Shown here: piece by piece, positions 1-12,754 of the stretch
How the letters are laid out: every line of letters begins with the position of its first letter
Position numbering within the stretch: position 1 is the first letter of the stretch
NCBI GenBank assembly: GCA_002269645.1
Contig: NIVC01002900.1
Coordinates: forward strand, 1,117-65,116
Source: Macrostomum lignano
Lineage: Eukaryota
Length of the DNA stretch: 64,000 nucleotides
Direction: 5' to 3'
Notes under the pieces: model-generated
What the model saw: the letters and a program-made list of their open reading frames with translations, nothing else
What the model was told of the DNA's origin: nothing
Database searches by the model: none
Position numbers and translations under genes: made by a program

Positions 1-1086
1 CCGAGTGCGCCTGCGGACCGGCCTGGCCGCTCCACCGGCTCCTCCACGGCCTCTCCTTTGAGGTCGTCTTCGTCGCCGATGAGGTCCACGCGAGGGTCGT
101 CTGGGACTTCAATAACGGGCAGTTCGATTTTCGTATCCCGACGCGATTGCTCTGGCCGCCTCGATGGTGGCGCCGACTCCTCTGGCCCGGCGGCGCGAGC
201 ATCGACAATCAGCTCCTCCATGGCGGATTCCTCGCCGTCAGCAACGCACACCTGCTGGGAGAAGTCGCGCTGAGCCGGCGGCAGCCGGAGCGGCTCCGTC
301 TGGGTGGCCATGCCCGGCAGCATCCAGGCGAAGTTCGGCGTCGACTGCGCCTGCGACAGGTGTGGCACTCAACCGGCTCCTCCACGGCCTCGCCATCGTA
401 ATCCTCATCCTCGCCGAGGTGCTGCACGCGCGGATCATCCGGACCTCGATGATCGGCAGCTCGATCATCTTTCTGTCGAAGCCGCGGTGTTGGAATGCGG
501 ACCTCGGAGCCGGTGACGACTCCGCTGCCCCGGCGGCGCGGGCATCGACGACCAGCTCCTCCATGGCGGATTCCTTGCCGTCAGCGGCACATACCTGCTG
601 GGAGAAGTCGCGCTTCTGAGGGGCAGCATGAAGGCGAAGCTGACCTCCGCCAAGGCTCCGCTGCCAGACTCTGTGGGCTTCTCCACCTGAGCGGCCATTA
701 GCGGCTCCTCGGCGGCCTCGCCGGCAGCGGCCAGAACGGCCTCCTCGGCCTCGAGCCGGCGAAGAAGGCGCCTCGTCCCAGCCCATGTCTGGCAGCGCCG
801 CCATGGCAGCCGGCACTCGGCCGCCGTCGCCGGCCGCGGTTCGCCAGCGGGTCTCGGCGTCGCCGCCCGCGCGCTGACCGGCTCGTCCAAGGAGCCGTCC
901 TTGCTGGCGAACACCGTCTGGCCGAAGTCGACGCCGCCGCTTGAGCTGCCATCAGCGGCATCTGTGGCGGCATCCGAGAAGGCCTTCAACGCAGCCTGCG
1001 TCTCAGCCGATGGTGGCGCCGTGCGAACTGCCGCCTCGCAGCTGGCGGCGCGGCCTCCCAGAGCGAGGATGTGGAGACGCCGGAGG
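1..1086 (-). CDS. Downstream exon of the KANK-like gene with an internal ~110-aa repeat; frameshifted; runs off the window start
   Basis: Pyrimidine-rich acceptor (cccactcccag) at 1087. GC-rich coding-like sequence. Repeat RDFSQQVCxADGxESAMEELxVDARAAG...IELPxIEV...GEAVEEPVE occurs twice (about 365-615 and 30-275). Linkage to the 2814 exon is inferred. Confidence 0.45.
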
Positions 1087-1217
1087 CTGGGAGTGGGCCA
1101 AAATAAAAAGTATGTTTGAACTCGACTTAGTATACGCGCAATGCTACAGGCATGTTGCTTTCGGCTTGCTTTATTAGTTTTACATTACTGCCTTTGTTGC
1201 TTAATCTGCACAGAAGG

Positions 1218-1776
1218 GGCACTGCTAGCCTGATCTGCACAGGGCACTGCTAGCCTGATCTGCACAGGCACTGCTAGCCTGATCTGCACAGGGCACTGCT
1301 AGCCTGATCTGTACAGGGCACTGCTAGCCTGATCTGTACAGGGCACTGCTAGCCTGATCTGTACAGGGCACTGCTAGCCTGATCTGCACAGGAAGGGCAC
1401 TGCTAGCCTGATCTGTACAGGAAGGGCACTGCTAGCCTGATCTGTACAGGAAGGGCACTGCTAGCCTGATCTGTACAGGAAGGGCACTGCTAGCCTGATC
1501 TGTACAGGAAGGCACTGCTAGCCTGATCTGTACAGGAAGGGCACTGCTAGCCTGATCTGCACAGGGCACTGCTAGCCTGATCTGCACAGGGCACTGCTAA
1601 CCTGATCTGTACAGGAAGGGCACTGCTAGCCTGATCTGTACAGGAAGGGCACTGCTAGCCTGATCTGCACAGGGCACTGCTAGCCTGATCTGACAGGAAG
1701 GGCACTGCTAGCCTGATCTGCACAGGAAGGGCACTGCTAGCCTGATCTGTACAGGAAGGGCACTGCTAGCCTGATC
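1218..1776. repeat. Intronic minisatellite, ~26-31-bp unit gggcactgctagcctgatctg(c/t)acag(gaa)
   Basis: About 19 directly visible tandem copies. Confidence 0.97.
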
Positions 1777-2184
1777 GGCACCCACCACTGCAACCCGAAT
1801 ATTAGTCAGTTCATTCCCATTTGCTCAATTTGTTCAGTTCTTTGTGACGCGCAGAATGCAAACACAATTAAATAATGGCATTACGACTATTCAATAACTG
1901 ATGATAACAGATGGGCAATCTGCACACAGCTAAACAGTTGAGAAATCTTCCATATAACTAATATTTAACTATTCGAATAATTACGGGTGCCGAGCACCAC
2001 ACCAGCTGCCGCCCAAATGCAGCCAGAACCAATTAATCGCTCAACTGCAAACAGTTGACATCCCGCAACTTTCTATCTAAGGCCGCTTTTACAAAGTTGT
2101 CACGTGACCCCATATTTGTGGCGAAAAAAGGCCGGCACAGCAGATGAGCTTGGGAAAAACTGGCAGCCCAAATCAAAGGCTCAC

Positions 2185-2814
2185 TTGCAAACTGAACAGT
2201 CGGTGCGGGGCGCTGAAGCCGCTGCAGCAGCAAATCCTCCTGCTGCTCCTGCGGCTGCCGAGGCGGAGGCGACAGGGTTGAGTTTTCCCGACGTCCGCTG
2301 ACGCTGTGAGGCCGCCGACTTTGCCGCGGCGGCCGACGTTCAGCGGAGGCCTCCTCTGAGGCTTCCAGCTGTTGATGCGGCTGCACCGTCAGTCGCCGCT
2401 GGGTGGTGCCAAAAGTGGCGAATGTGTCCTGATCCTTGGGGTCTGGCCGCGGAGCTGGCGACGGCGACAACGGCGACATGGGCGAGCCGCTGGTCAAGGA
2501 GGTGAGCTCGTCGATGAGGTCCTGCACGCTGCCGCCGCCTGTGGAGGCTGAGGGTCCCACTGGCCCGCGCAGGCCCGAAGCTTGCGGCGGCGGCGGCAGC
2601 TTGCGTCGATCCGGGACGGCGCCGACGCTGCCACCGCGGGCGCGTCGGCGGGCTGGACGGGCGGCGCCATTGGCGCCACTAGGAGAGGGGCTGCCGCGTT
2701 CACAGAGCGCGCGAAGCTCACAAAGCTGCTGTCGATGTGGTAGCCGAAGGGGCAGCAGCTGCAGCGGTGGCTGTCAGCAGGGCCGGAACTGCGGGCCCCG
2801 ACTGACTGCATCAT
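2185..2814 (-). CDS. KANK-like protein, first coding exon with KN motif (one frameshift near 2695)
   Basis: ATG in gcagccATGATG context at 2814. Translation MMQSVG...CSCCPFGYHIDSSFVSFARSV resembles the invertebrate KANK/VAB-19 KN motif (CxCCPYGYHIDLDFV). Continues in another frame as GC-rich Pro/Ser/Gln-rich sequence. Possible donor gtgagc at 2184; the 3' boundary is uncertain. Confidence 0.55.
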
Positions 2815-2890
2815 GGCTGCACTGGCTCTGTAGGCGGCTACATCAATCAGTATTGAGTGGTTGCTATGGAAATTAAAAATTGTTCCAAAT

Positions 2891-3323
2891 CCATGATACT
2901 AAAAATAGTTTGTCAGTATCTAGGTAAGTATCTATGTGATTGATTTCAGAAAAAACGGCTCAACCAATTTTCTTCAAACTTGCACCATTTTATCATTTTT
3001 CCTTTGGGACTAAAAATAACTTTTTAGCAAGGAATAGTTGTTCGTTTTTAATTCTGTTTCAAAGAAAGCAATTGCATATTTTAAGTAAAAGCTCAAAACA
3101 ATATATTCAATTCATATAGATTATTTACTTAAATATTACAAGTTAACCACTGAACTTCTTTGAATAAAAGCATAATGAAAAAAAACAAATACATACCGTT
3201 AAAAATCTTATAAAAACAAATATCTATATTTATAGAATTAGAAGTTTGAAGAAAACTGGTTCAGCAGTTTTTTCTAAAATCGTTCACACACATACCTACG
3301 GACAAACCATTTTTAGTATATGG
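2891..3323. repeat. Diverged inverted repeat pair (arms ~2891-2980 and ~3241-3323), MITE/HINE-like
   Basis: Left arm atactaaaaatagtttgtc...aaaaaacggctcaaccaattttcttcaaactt matches the reverse complement of the right arm. Confidence 0.6.
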
Positions 3324-4399
3324 AAATAGTTGGGCATCAATGAAAGACTTGCCAAAATACTGTTTAGTTTAAGCAAATATAAATTCATAACTGTAATGAA
3401 AACTCATAATAACTTAGATATTTAATTCAATACAATGATGTAGCTTTGAATAGGTTAAAGCCAAAGAAAGGGTGGGGTGGCCATCTCAAGGAGATAAAAT
3501 GTAAAAAATGGAGCTACTTTTGAAGTAGCTCAAAAATTTGTGAGACAAGTCGATTTTTACTAAAGTACCTATTTTCCCTTGGCTCCCTTTTCGGTATTGA
3601 CCTCTTATAGTGATCTAATTCCATAGCTCAAACTGACTGGATTTGTATGTTGCATTATTAATATTAATCATGAAATTTAGCTAGGAATATACTGTGCATA
3701 CTAGAAACAAATAGATAAATTAAATTAAATTTATAAAATATTGAAACTAAATTCGCTATTTAATAAGCTTAAAACAAAATATCAAGACTGCAGTGTGGGT
3801 CTCGGTCAGGTCAGGTCCAATTCAATTCCAAAGTAAGGAAAATACTCGTAACTTGCATGTAATTTGAAAAAAGAGACTACTCTTGTTTAAATTTATAACA
3901 AGTCATATAGAATTAAGTAAGCTCTTTATATACATTGAAATTGCCATTTTTAATACATAAGAAAAAATACATTTAAGATCATTTTATTCAAAGATTAGGT
4001 GTTCTTTTTTCGTAACAGTAAAAAAGCATAATTTGCGCTCGTTTCCAAAACTACACAAAAATCAAGGACTACTCTAGTAGAAGAAATGACCTCGTGTCTT
4101 AGAAATTTCTAGAAGGTGTGTTGACGTTCGATCCACTGCATGGAGGCCAGACTGTCTAGCCATCTTTGAGTGCCCTTGAAAATCCGCCTTTTAAATTTCA
4201 CAGGATAATGTACAGTATGGTTGAACCAATTAGTAAGCTGTTTACGTCTGCAATTAGCTTGGCTTCTAAACTGATTAAAATCATCGCAGCTGCCTTTCAT
4301 TTATTCTTATGAAATATCATACTGCATGCATTCTTCATTGCTATTAAACTGAAAGTAGAAAGCTGTTTTGCTAAGTATATATTATGCAGGAGTGGCCCG

Positions 4400-4735
4400 G
4401 GTCCATAAGAATTTCCCGCAGACGAATTGCCCGCCGAGTTTTTTCCCGCCAAGGTTTGCCCGCAATGCTTTTTCCTGCAGCGCATTTGGCAGCTAGATTC
4501 TGTCTGAATTCCCCCCCCCCCAAAAAAAATACGCATTTGATATATGCATGCAGTTACTATCAAAACGTTTTGATCGGGTAAATCTCTTTATTAAAACTTA
4601 CTATAAGCATTGGCGAGGCAATTCAGACAAAATCTGCCGCGTGGCCAAATGCGCTGCAGGAAAAAAGCAATGCGGGCAAATCTCGGCGGGCATATATTCG
4701 CTCGCGGGCAAATTGCACTGCGGGCATTTCTCGTG
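4400..4735. mobile_element. Foldback MITE-like element, ~100-bp inverted arms
   Basis: ttttcctgcagcgcatttggc...ctgaatt (to ~4510) is the inverse of aattcagac...gccaaatgcgctgcaggaaaa (from ~4620); non-coding; no TSD identified. Confidence 0.6.
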
Positions 4736-4844
4736 CTCCGATCAGTGGCCCATCCAGTTATTCTACAGGGGTCGACAAAACTTTTACCTCAAGGGCTAGA
4801 TGAAGAATCCGGCTCATTCTGCGGAGTGGAAAGGATCGAGGTAA

Positions 4845-4950
4845 TTAGAAGATGAGAGATTGGAGAGAGAGTGGAGATGGTAGAGAGGAAAGGATCAGAG
4901 AGGAGAGGAGAGAGGAACAGGGAGAGGGGAGAGAAGAGAGAAGAGAGGGT
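4845..4950. repeat. GA-rich low-complexity tract
   Basis: Imperfect (GA/GGA)n run. Confidence 0.85.
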
Positions 4951-5942
4951 GTCTGGTGTCTGAACTTAACGAGACACCAACCTTGAGCGGACGGGATTGC
5001 TATTGTGAAGTTTCAATGAACCATGCAGAATTGTGTACATGACTAACATACATGTACATATTGTACACGTACAACAGTACATGTGTTTTTTTTGCAGTCG
5101 ATCAATCATTGCCCTTCGCAAGCCATATTTCATATCCTGGAAAAGCATATTGGAAGATGGCTCATAATCGCGCGGGTTAGAAATACTGCAAGGTCTTGCA
5201 AAAACATTTAAGATTTGCCACCAGTAACTTTTCGATGCTTTTAGTTGGCCTCCTCTCACAATTTTCACGATTCCGCTTTAGTGAAGCCCTCGATGGAATG
5301 ATGAAAAAACACTGCAAAACACGATCAACACTTCAATTTGAAATGAAATTTTACGAGTGAAAGTCCACGACTCGTCCACTACAAGTCGCGATCTTGTATG
5401 ATAATCATGAGTATTTATGAATATTGTAAGAATTATCTACAATCATTCTCAGTTGACATCAGGCATCGATGATTTTTGTCACAATGCCAGCTTGTAAGTC
5501 GTATCAAAATTAAGAATTTGTACTTCAATTTTCGGCGGCTACGAGATTTATTTTTGCGCGAAGGAAAATGGGGACAGGCCACCTAAAAATATTATAAATT
5601 CAATGCTGAAACTGAAATCACTCGAATTAACTCAGTGCTGAGGGTACAGTTTCAATATATTTGAAACATTTAGACAAAAAACTGAATTACAAATTACAAG
5701 AGTCCACTGAGTTGCTTGCTGCAAGCATGTTCGAAAACGATAAGTAGCTGTTAAAAACAGCTGCATTGCTGCTCTTCAGGGTTCCTCCTCCATCAGCATG
5801 TCGAATCTCACTTCTGCAAGGTAAATCAAAATAATAAGCACACAAGTAAAAGACCTCTTAGAAAAAAGACCAGTTATGATCAAGACCAAAATATTGGCGA
5901 GAAAAGCCGCCTGCAGACCGCACTGCATTCTCAGTTTACGAA

Positions 5943-6411
5943 TAGGGGTCGCAATCGAATCCCAGGATAAATTTTTGCGTTTTTTACAGTGTTATAAAAT
6001 GAACAAATTGGGCCCAAAACTACGCTCGTAGTTCATTATTTATACTGCGCTAATCTCCGTAGTTGCCTCACGTCGTGTGGTGTTTATTTCAACCCGAGTG
6101 ACAACTAAAAGTCTGTTAGAATTTTCGTTTTCGTTTTTCAAATTACGAGTACTTAATGGCTACACTTGGTATTGGTTGGTAGTTGCTAGTTGCTAGATTT
6201 GATGCTGTATGAGAGTGAGAGTAGATAGTCTCAATAGAGTCAATTTAGAGCTTTAGAAACTTTAACAAAATCTTTTACACTTTTTCTACTCTACTATCTA
6301 CATTCGACATACAGTACACAATACATACATGTATCTCGCATTACATACAAGCTTAAAAATCTGTATTTTTCTGATTACAGGATCGCAAAAAACGGGATTT
6401 TGCGATCCCTA
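5943..6411. mobile_element. Non-autonomous hAT-type MITE (469 bp)
   Basis: Termini TAGGGGTCGCAA...TTGCGATCCCTA; perfect 8-bp TSD tttacgaa at 5935-5942 and 6412-6419. Confidence 0.88.
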
Positions 6412-6854
6412 TTTACGAATTGAATCATTCCAGCCAATGTTGCGAATATAATATTGTTAGCAAAAGAAAATGTAAACTTCTAAATGTATTGATAATATAG
6501 GGCTCCGTGGACAGAAAAGCATTGCGTGTTCACCAAACCAATCAGACAGAAGCAAACGGCAGCACCCGCACAGCACAGACCAATAAGTATAGCTAGACTG
6601 CGCATCCAGCATTGCTTGCCTTGGACTCGTTTTTTTGACAAAATGATAAAGCAAAAAATGGTCCTCTGTACCCCAGCCCAAAACGATCGATATTTATGGC
6701 CTGGGGAAGACTGGCCCTTCTTCAGCTGTCTGCGCTCTGCCTTTTTTAAATTAACATGTACATTATTGCGGCTTGGGGACCACAATAGCAATGCTATACT
6801 AGCTTTAAAGAGATAAGCAAAGTTTTTAAAAAATTAATAATTGCTCAAAACGAA

Positions 6855-7250
6855 ATGGAAGAACAACCCGAATCTTCTAAATTGCCGAGGAAAAGAAAGG
6901 GAAATCATGGCAGCTTTTGCTGCGCTGCTGGCTGCTCGAACAACTCAGCAATGTCTTTGATACTCAGGAGTGTCCTTTCATACTTTTGCAAAGGACAAGA
7001 AAATAAGGAAAAAGTGGCTGATAGCGCTGAGAAGAAAAGATTTTGAGCCATCGCCATCCACGCAAGTCTGCTCAATACATTTTGAGGAATCTTGCTTCAA
7101 AGAGCAATTTGCAGGCTTTCTGCCTAGCGTCAAAAGACGGCTATATCCAAATGCCGTTCCTTCCATCTTCCTGGCGTTCCTGACCATCTGCAGCTGAAAG
7201 CTGAAAAGAAACGGAAGACTGCCACCGGCCAGCTCGCGAAGTTGATTTCG
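6855..7250 (+). pseudogene. THAP zinc-finger N-terminus of a P-element-like transposase (frameshifted)
   Basis: CCAAGCSN...SFHTF...RKKWLIALRR...QVCSIHFEESCF...RRLYPNAVPSIF is a canonical C2CH THAP domain with AVPSIF box. Confidence 0.88.
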
Positions 7251-7254
7251 CCGC

Positions 7255-8560
7255 TGTGTGCCGTTCCATACTTTGTCCTGGTTCGCGGAGTAGTATGTCA
7301 GAGCACCTGAAGTTGACTCAGAAAATCCAGCCAGTGAAAGTTTTGGAGACGTCTTCTGGATGCTCTTGGGATCCATGACGCTAGAGTTGAGCTTTGGGGC
7401 CAGCTTCAATGGCTTCGTTTTCTCCAGTTCGAATAGCTGCCGGATGTGGCTGAAGTCGGCCACGATGAAGGCTCCATTTTGCGTCAAGTTTTGTTGGCTG
7501 GCAAAGAACTTGGACTCGATATTAGGCACGTAGTTCCAGAATTATTCTCTTTTGGAAATTATTATAGATGTTCTTAACCGTGTGGGTCGGATCGAACAGC
7601 AGGATTACGTTCAGCATGATAAGGATGAGGAATCGATGCTTGAAGATTGCCACCACAAAGCTTGTGAGTGAAAAACGCTCGATTTGCAGGGTGATTGTCG
7701 ACTAGAATGGTGACTACGTTCAAATTAGTGCGCTGAAGCGTTTCCATAACGCTATTATAGTGTTCAAACAAAACTTCTGCTGTCAGCTTGCTTAATGGAA
7801 ATAGCGCAACAACGTCACGAAACTTGCCAGCGATGGATTTGACCATGAAACAAAGCAACGTAGACGCTGTAGTATCCTGCTGCATTCCAACAATCGTTCC
7901 GTTAGAGTATTGGATTATTCTGTTGAGATGAATTTCGTCAATGATAAGGTTCACGTTGGACTCCATTATTGAGAGATCTTGAGTCCGTAGGTGTAAGTAT
8001 CGCTCATCAGAGACACCAGAGGTAACTGACAGCGGGCTGGATATCGCTGTTAGCCGCCTTACTGATGGAGAATCAGCACCTCGTGTTCTAACAAAGCCTG
8101 ATAGCATGCTGTGCTCGCAGACTTAAGAACCATTGCAAACACAATCAAGTCAGGTGAGTACCGTAGAGACGACTTGTTTATCGCGCAGGACAGCTTCAGC
8201 TGCTCCACGATAAACTGAACTCTTTGACAAAGCGGCTCGGTGGATTCCTCACATTCTTCTATCCATCGCTGGAGGCAGGCAACGGCGTCTTCAATTAATT
8301 GCGTTCTTTCTCTGCTGCTGCTGCTTTGTGTTGCCAACGACTTTATTTGGGCCAGCATGTTCTGAACCTGGGAAAAGAGGCGGACCTTGCCGCCGTCCAA
8401 GAATTGTTGCAGTCTGTTTTGGGGCAGTGATAAGCCCATTCACGCTCACGGCTACTGTCATGTCACCGTGAACCTGTAGGAGCAAAGCAGCATGGGCACG
8501 GTTCCGTATTTCACGTGAACAATGCAGAATGTAGTGATTTCGGCACTAGTCACTAATGCG
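7255..8560 (-). mobile_element. P-element/THAP9-type transposase core, frameshifted and truncated
   Basis: FIVEQLKL...RYSPDL, LIIDEIHL, STLLCFMVKSIAGKFRDVVAL, VDNHPANR, LKLAPKL...KTSPKLS...FSESTSGALTYY are typical P-superfamily transposase motifs. Confidence 0.88.
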
Positions 8561-11500
8561 GGTAAGTTGGAGGCGCAACTTGCGAGTCTCCCCTGCCCGG
8601 ACTCTGGCACAGCAGACTGGCTAGTAAAACAGTTTAAGCTTGATCAGAAAAATCTATCGAGAGATCAGCAGAGAACCACATTCAAGCTGCTCAATCACTT
8701 TCTGGGACAGATCTCGAAGAACGACACAAACTTAGGGAAAACGCATCTTCACGAGATGGCGATTGAGTTGCAGGACCCAGCGTGCCGTCCCATCTCACAG
8801 CCTTCAAAAAGAGCGACGCCTGCTCAGAAAGAATTTATTGACAAGCATATTCAGCAGCTGATTAACCAAGAGGTCATCGAAGAGTGTGAATCTGAATGGG
8901 CATCACCTATTGTGTTAGTTAGGAAAAAGGATGGCTCACAACGCCTCTGCATTGATTACCGTCAGGTAAACAAGTTGATTAAGCCTTGTAGTTTCCCCCC
9001 TGCCGTTAGTAGACGAATCATTCGACAGTCTTGCTGGATCAAAAGTCTTCTCGAGTTTGGATCTAACTTCAGCATATTGGCAAGTTGGCATTAGAGAACA
9101 GAATCGGGACATAACGGCTCTTTTCTGCCCCCAAGGATTGTTTCGTTGGAAGGTCGTGCCGTTCGGCATCAAAACGGCACCAGCAAACTTCGCTAAGCTG
9201 ATGCACAAAGTCTTTCAACCGCTTCTTATGCGCGTGAGTTTGATCTACCTGGACGACATTATTGTTAAGGCAAAAGACAACGCGGAAATGATCGTGCACC
9301 TAGCTATGGTTCTTTGGCAGTTCAAAAAAGCGAATCCCAAAATAAAAGCCGTCAAAGTGCGAGCTTTTTAAAGACCGAGTCCGTTTCCTAGGTTTAATTG
9401 TTTCAGCAAAAGGCATTGAAGCGGACCCCGCTAAGGTTGAAGCGGTTCGAAACTGGTGTAAGCCAAACGACAAACAGCAGCTGCTTGCGTTTCTGGGGTT
9501 CCAAATTAATACAGGAAATTCGTCCCCAGGTTCTCAATCATTGCGGCTCCGCTCTATGCGCTCGCTAAGGACTCAGCAAACATCTGTCGGCTTGAAACTG
9601 ATGACAAAGCATTCGAAGAGTTAAAGGCGAGCCTTTGCGCTCCCCCCGTCCTAGCCTATCCTGACCTCAGCTCAACGGCTGGACTTTTCATATTAAACTG
9701 CGATTCATCGCTCGAAGTTATAGGTGGCGTGCTCTCCCAAGAAGGTCCGGATGGACAGGAACACGTCGTGGCTTACGCTTCGAAGAAGTTTAGCCAGGCT
9801 CAGCGCAACTACTGCGCCACCATGCGTGAGCTACTGGGACTTATCATCATGCTTGAACATTTTCGAACATACCTTCTGGACCGCAGGTTCCTGGTGCGCT
9901 CAGATGCTGAAGCCTTGCAGTGGCTTTACACAAAAAAGCACACCAAAGGCATGTTGGCCCAGTGGCTTGCGACCATCGAAGTGTACAATTTTAAGATCAG
10001 TCAAACGCCTCTGGAGTGCCTCAATGAGTACGATTTTTCAATCCAGCATCGTGCTGGGGCCCATCACCTCAACGCTGATGTACTTAGTCGCAACCCGCGT
10101 TTCAGAGCAGATCACCATGACTGCCCAACTTGCAGCAAGATCCCCGCGTTCCGGGAAAGCTTTGAGGCTGAGGAATGAAGTCAACCGTAGACAAGTCGTA
10201 CAGCGGAAGGTAAAAAAGGCTGATACTTCGAGCCAGACGGAGTCTCTCAATGAACCGCCCGATACTTCGCCATCGTCGTCCACACACTCTGATGAGATCA
10301 AGACAATGTCAGGTAGTACTCAGGCTCCGTGTTGTGTCCAGACGCAGACTCAAGAGTTCTCTGCGCGTGCACTGCACGTCGAATCAGTCTCATCCGACAG
10401 GCAAACAACTGCTTTGTCAGCATCGCCACAGGCTTGTGCTGATTCCAGTGACAGCGACACCACACAGATCCAGGCGTCAGATGATTATGCTCAGAGACCA
10501 GAGAGTCGCAATTTGCCCAGGCAGTTGCCATCGAAGCAAACAGACAGCTCGGAAGACGAAGAACTGTCCGAAGCAGCTGAGAATCTTTGGGCCAGAGACG
10601 CCCAGGAGACGAGCGTTGATTTGCTGCGACTGATGGAAGCTGTCGAGGGTAAATCTCTAAGGCTGACTAAAGCAGAAATTCAGGATTGTAAGCCGAGAGG
10701 TATGCACACTGTGGGCATTGTTTGACGAACTTGAAATCGAAGATGGGCTGCTGTTCCGCGTCAAGCTCTCTAACCTGGGCGAACCGATTCGTCAGGTCAT
10801 AATACCGGAGACAGCAGATATTGACGAGCTGGTTGCTGGCTATCACAAAGACATCAACCACTGTTGTGTAAATAGGACAGCTCGAATTTTGAAACAGGGG
10901 TTCCAAAGAACGAATTTAGAAGTGAACGTAAAAGGTGTGATAGCCGAATGCGAGATCTGCAACCGTACAAAAAAGCCAAGCGCAAAAATAAAGAACCATT
11001 ACGACCTGTTCTCACGGGCTATTACGGGCTATCACGAATCAAGTTGTCCATGTGGACCATGAAGGCCCGTTTCCTGAACAAAATGGTCACCGCTACTTGT
11101 TCGTCATGGTAGACAACTTCTCTGGCTACGTAGAAATCGTGCCTGTACCAGATGTGACGGCGGAGACCACAGCCACTACCATCCTGACAGAGAGTGGGTC
11201 GTAGGATACGGTACCATGGATCAGTTGGTTTCCGACAACGGCACGGCGTTCATAAATAAGACCGTAGCTGAAACTCGCTAGGCTCCTGGAAATTAACATG
11301 ACACGAATCACAGCTTGCCGGCAACAGGCTAATGGTAAGTAGAAAGAACAATCCAGACGATAAAGTCAGTGATTCGTGCTGTACGAGTATGCCTGGAGAG
11401 ACAAGTAATTTGGCCTTTCGCTGCTCGTTGGGCAGGCCTTTCTATCAGATCAACCATAGCTGAGTCGAAGGGCTGGTCTCCGGCAAAATCACCGCTACCA
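8560..11500 (+). mobile_element. Ty3/Gypsy pol fragment (RT-RNaseH-integrase), degenerate, no LTRs identified
   Basis: WASPIVLVRKKDGSQRLCIDYR, YLDD, RNase H VAYASK...NYCATMRELL, integrase H...CEIC and VDNFS motifs, split by several frameshifts. Confidence 0.92.
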
Positions 11501-12722
11501 TTGTCCCAATTGAACAATTCATTATTTTTTCGTCACAGTGCAACACAAATTTAGGCTATCGAGACTTTTTCATGTTCGTGCGAGTCTGCAAAAACAAAAA
11601 GCAATGTCCGGATTTCATTCATTTTAGTTAGACTCGGTTAGTCACTCCCAGTCTGCTTCAGATTTTTGGTTTGCCGCGAATCTGTACTTTCATTTTGCCA
11701 GCTCGCTTAGTCGCAGCTAGGATCGCAATCCCGCGAATTTTTTTTGTTTTTTTTTTACAAAACGTGTCGTAAAATGCTGTAATTTTTTTAATTATACTGC
11801 TGTAGCAAGGATTTCTCTATAACAAGAAGTTTCTAGTTGCGGCTGTTAACGACTGAAGCAGTAGGGCTCGTCAAAATTGTACCATGCAGCAGACAGATGG
11901 ATTTCGGCCAGACCAGGCTCATAGTCTACATTTCTAAGTAAATAGGTGAAGGCAGGTGAAAATGAAAGTCACTAGGAGTACCTTTAGCATGCTGACTGTT
12001 GAGAGGCATTTCTCATTATCGGAAACGAAATCCTATTCACAGTCCTATAATTTCATACTTTTCTTAAAGCAGCTTTATAATTTCTGTAAGCTGTAGTAAC
12101 TGTCAAAATAATTAAGTTGTATTCCATGCTGTTGAAACAGGTGAGTTTCAAGTTCCTGATTAATACATTTAGAAACGTTAATTTCTACTTAAGACCAGAA
12201 CTTTCGCATGCACCGAGTAAATTCCTTTTTATTTCTATTTGGATTTGTACATTGTGAGAGGTTGGACTTAGTATAGAAGCCTAGTGTGACAACTGTGATA
12301 TTTTTTTTCTTGTAAATGAATATTGAGGACCCCGAGGTGAGGACCCCGAGCGAATTGAATTAGGTTTGGAGAATGCGTATTGAAAATGGATAATGGGAGG
12401 ATTGAGCAAGTAGTGAGTATCCATAATGTATATTTAGTATGTTGGTATTTTCGGGGATAAGATCATGACGTAAATTTTGCGACTTTTGGAGACCAGCAGA
12501 TAGTTCAGAAAGCTGCCTTTATATAATCCTACTATTCCTAAGTCAACCCCTTTTATCGATTTCTTCGAGAATAATCAATATGCGAGCCCGTAGAAACAAT
12601 GGCATAATGAAGGAAGTGAAAAAAGTTGTCTGAAAAGCCTCCTCATGCCTAGTATTATAATCATAAGTCAAATTTCTCATTCTCACAACAGTATTTGCTG
12701 TTGCTGTGTGTGTGTGTGTGTG

Positions 12723-12754
<32 letters not shown>

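Noticed and set aside
4966-5560. Possible MULE transposase relic on the minus strand (FDTTYKL, LQCFF)
   Set aside because: Motifs are too short and broken by stops to support a call
12253-12687. Possible solo LTR (TGTGAGA...TCTCACA)
   Set aside because: Flanks acat/acag give no clean TSD and there is no second copy in the window
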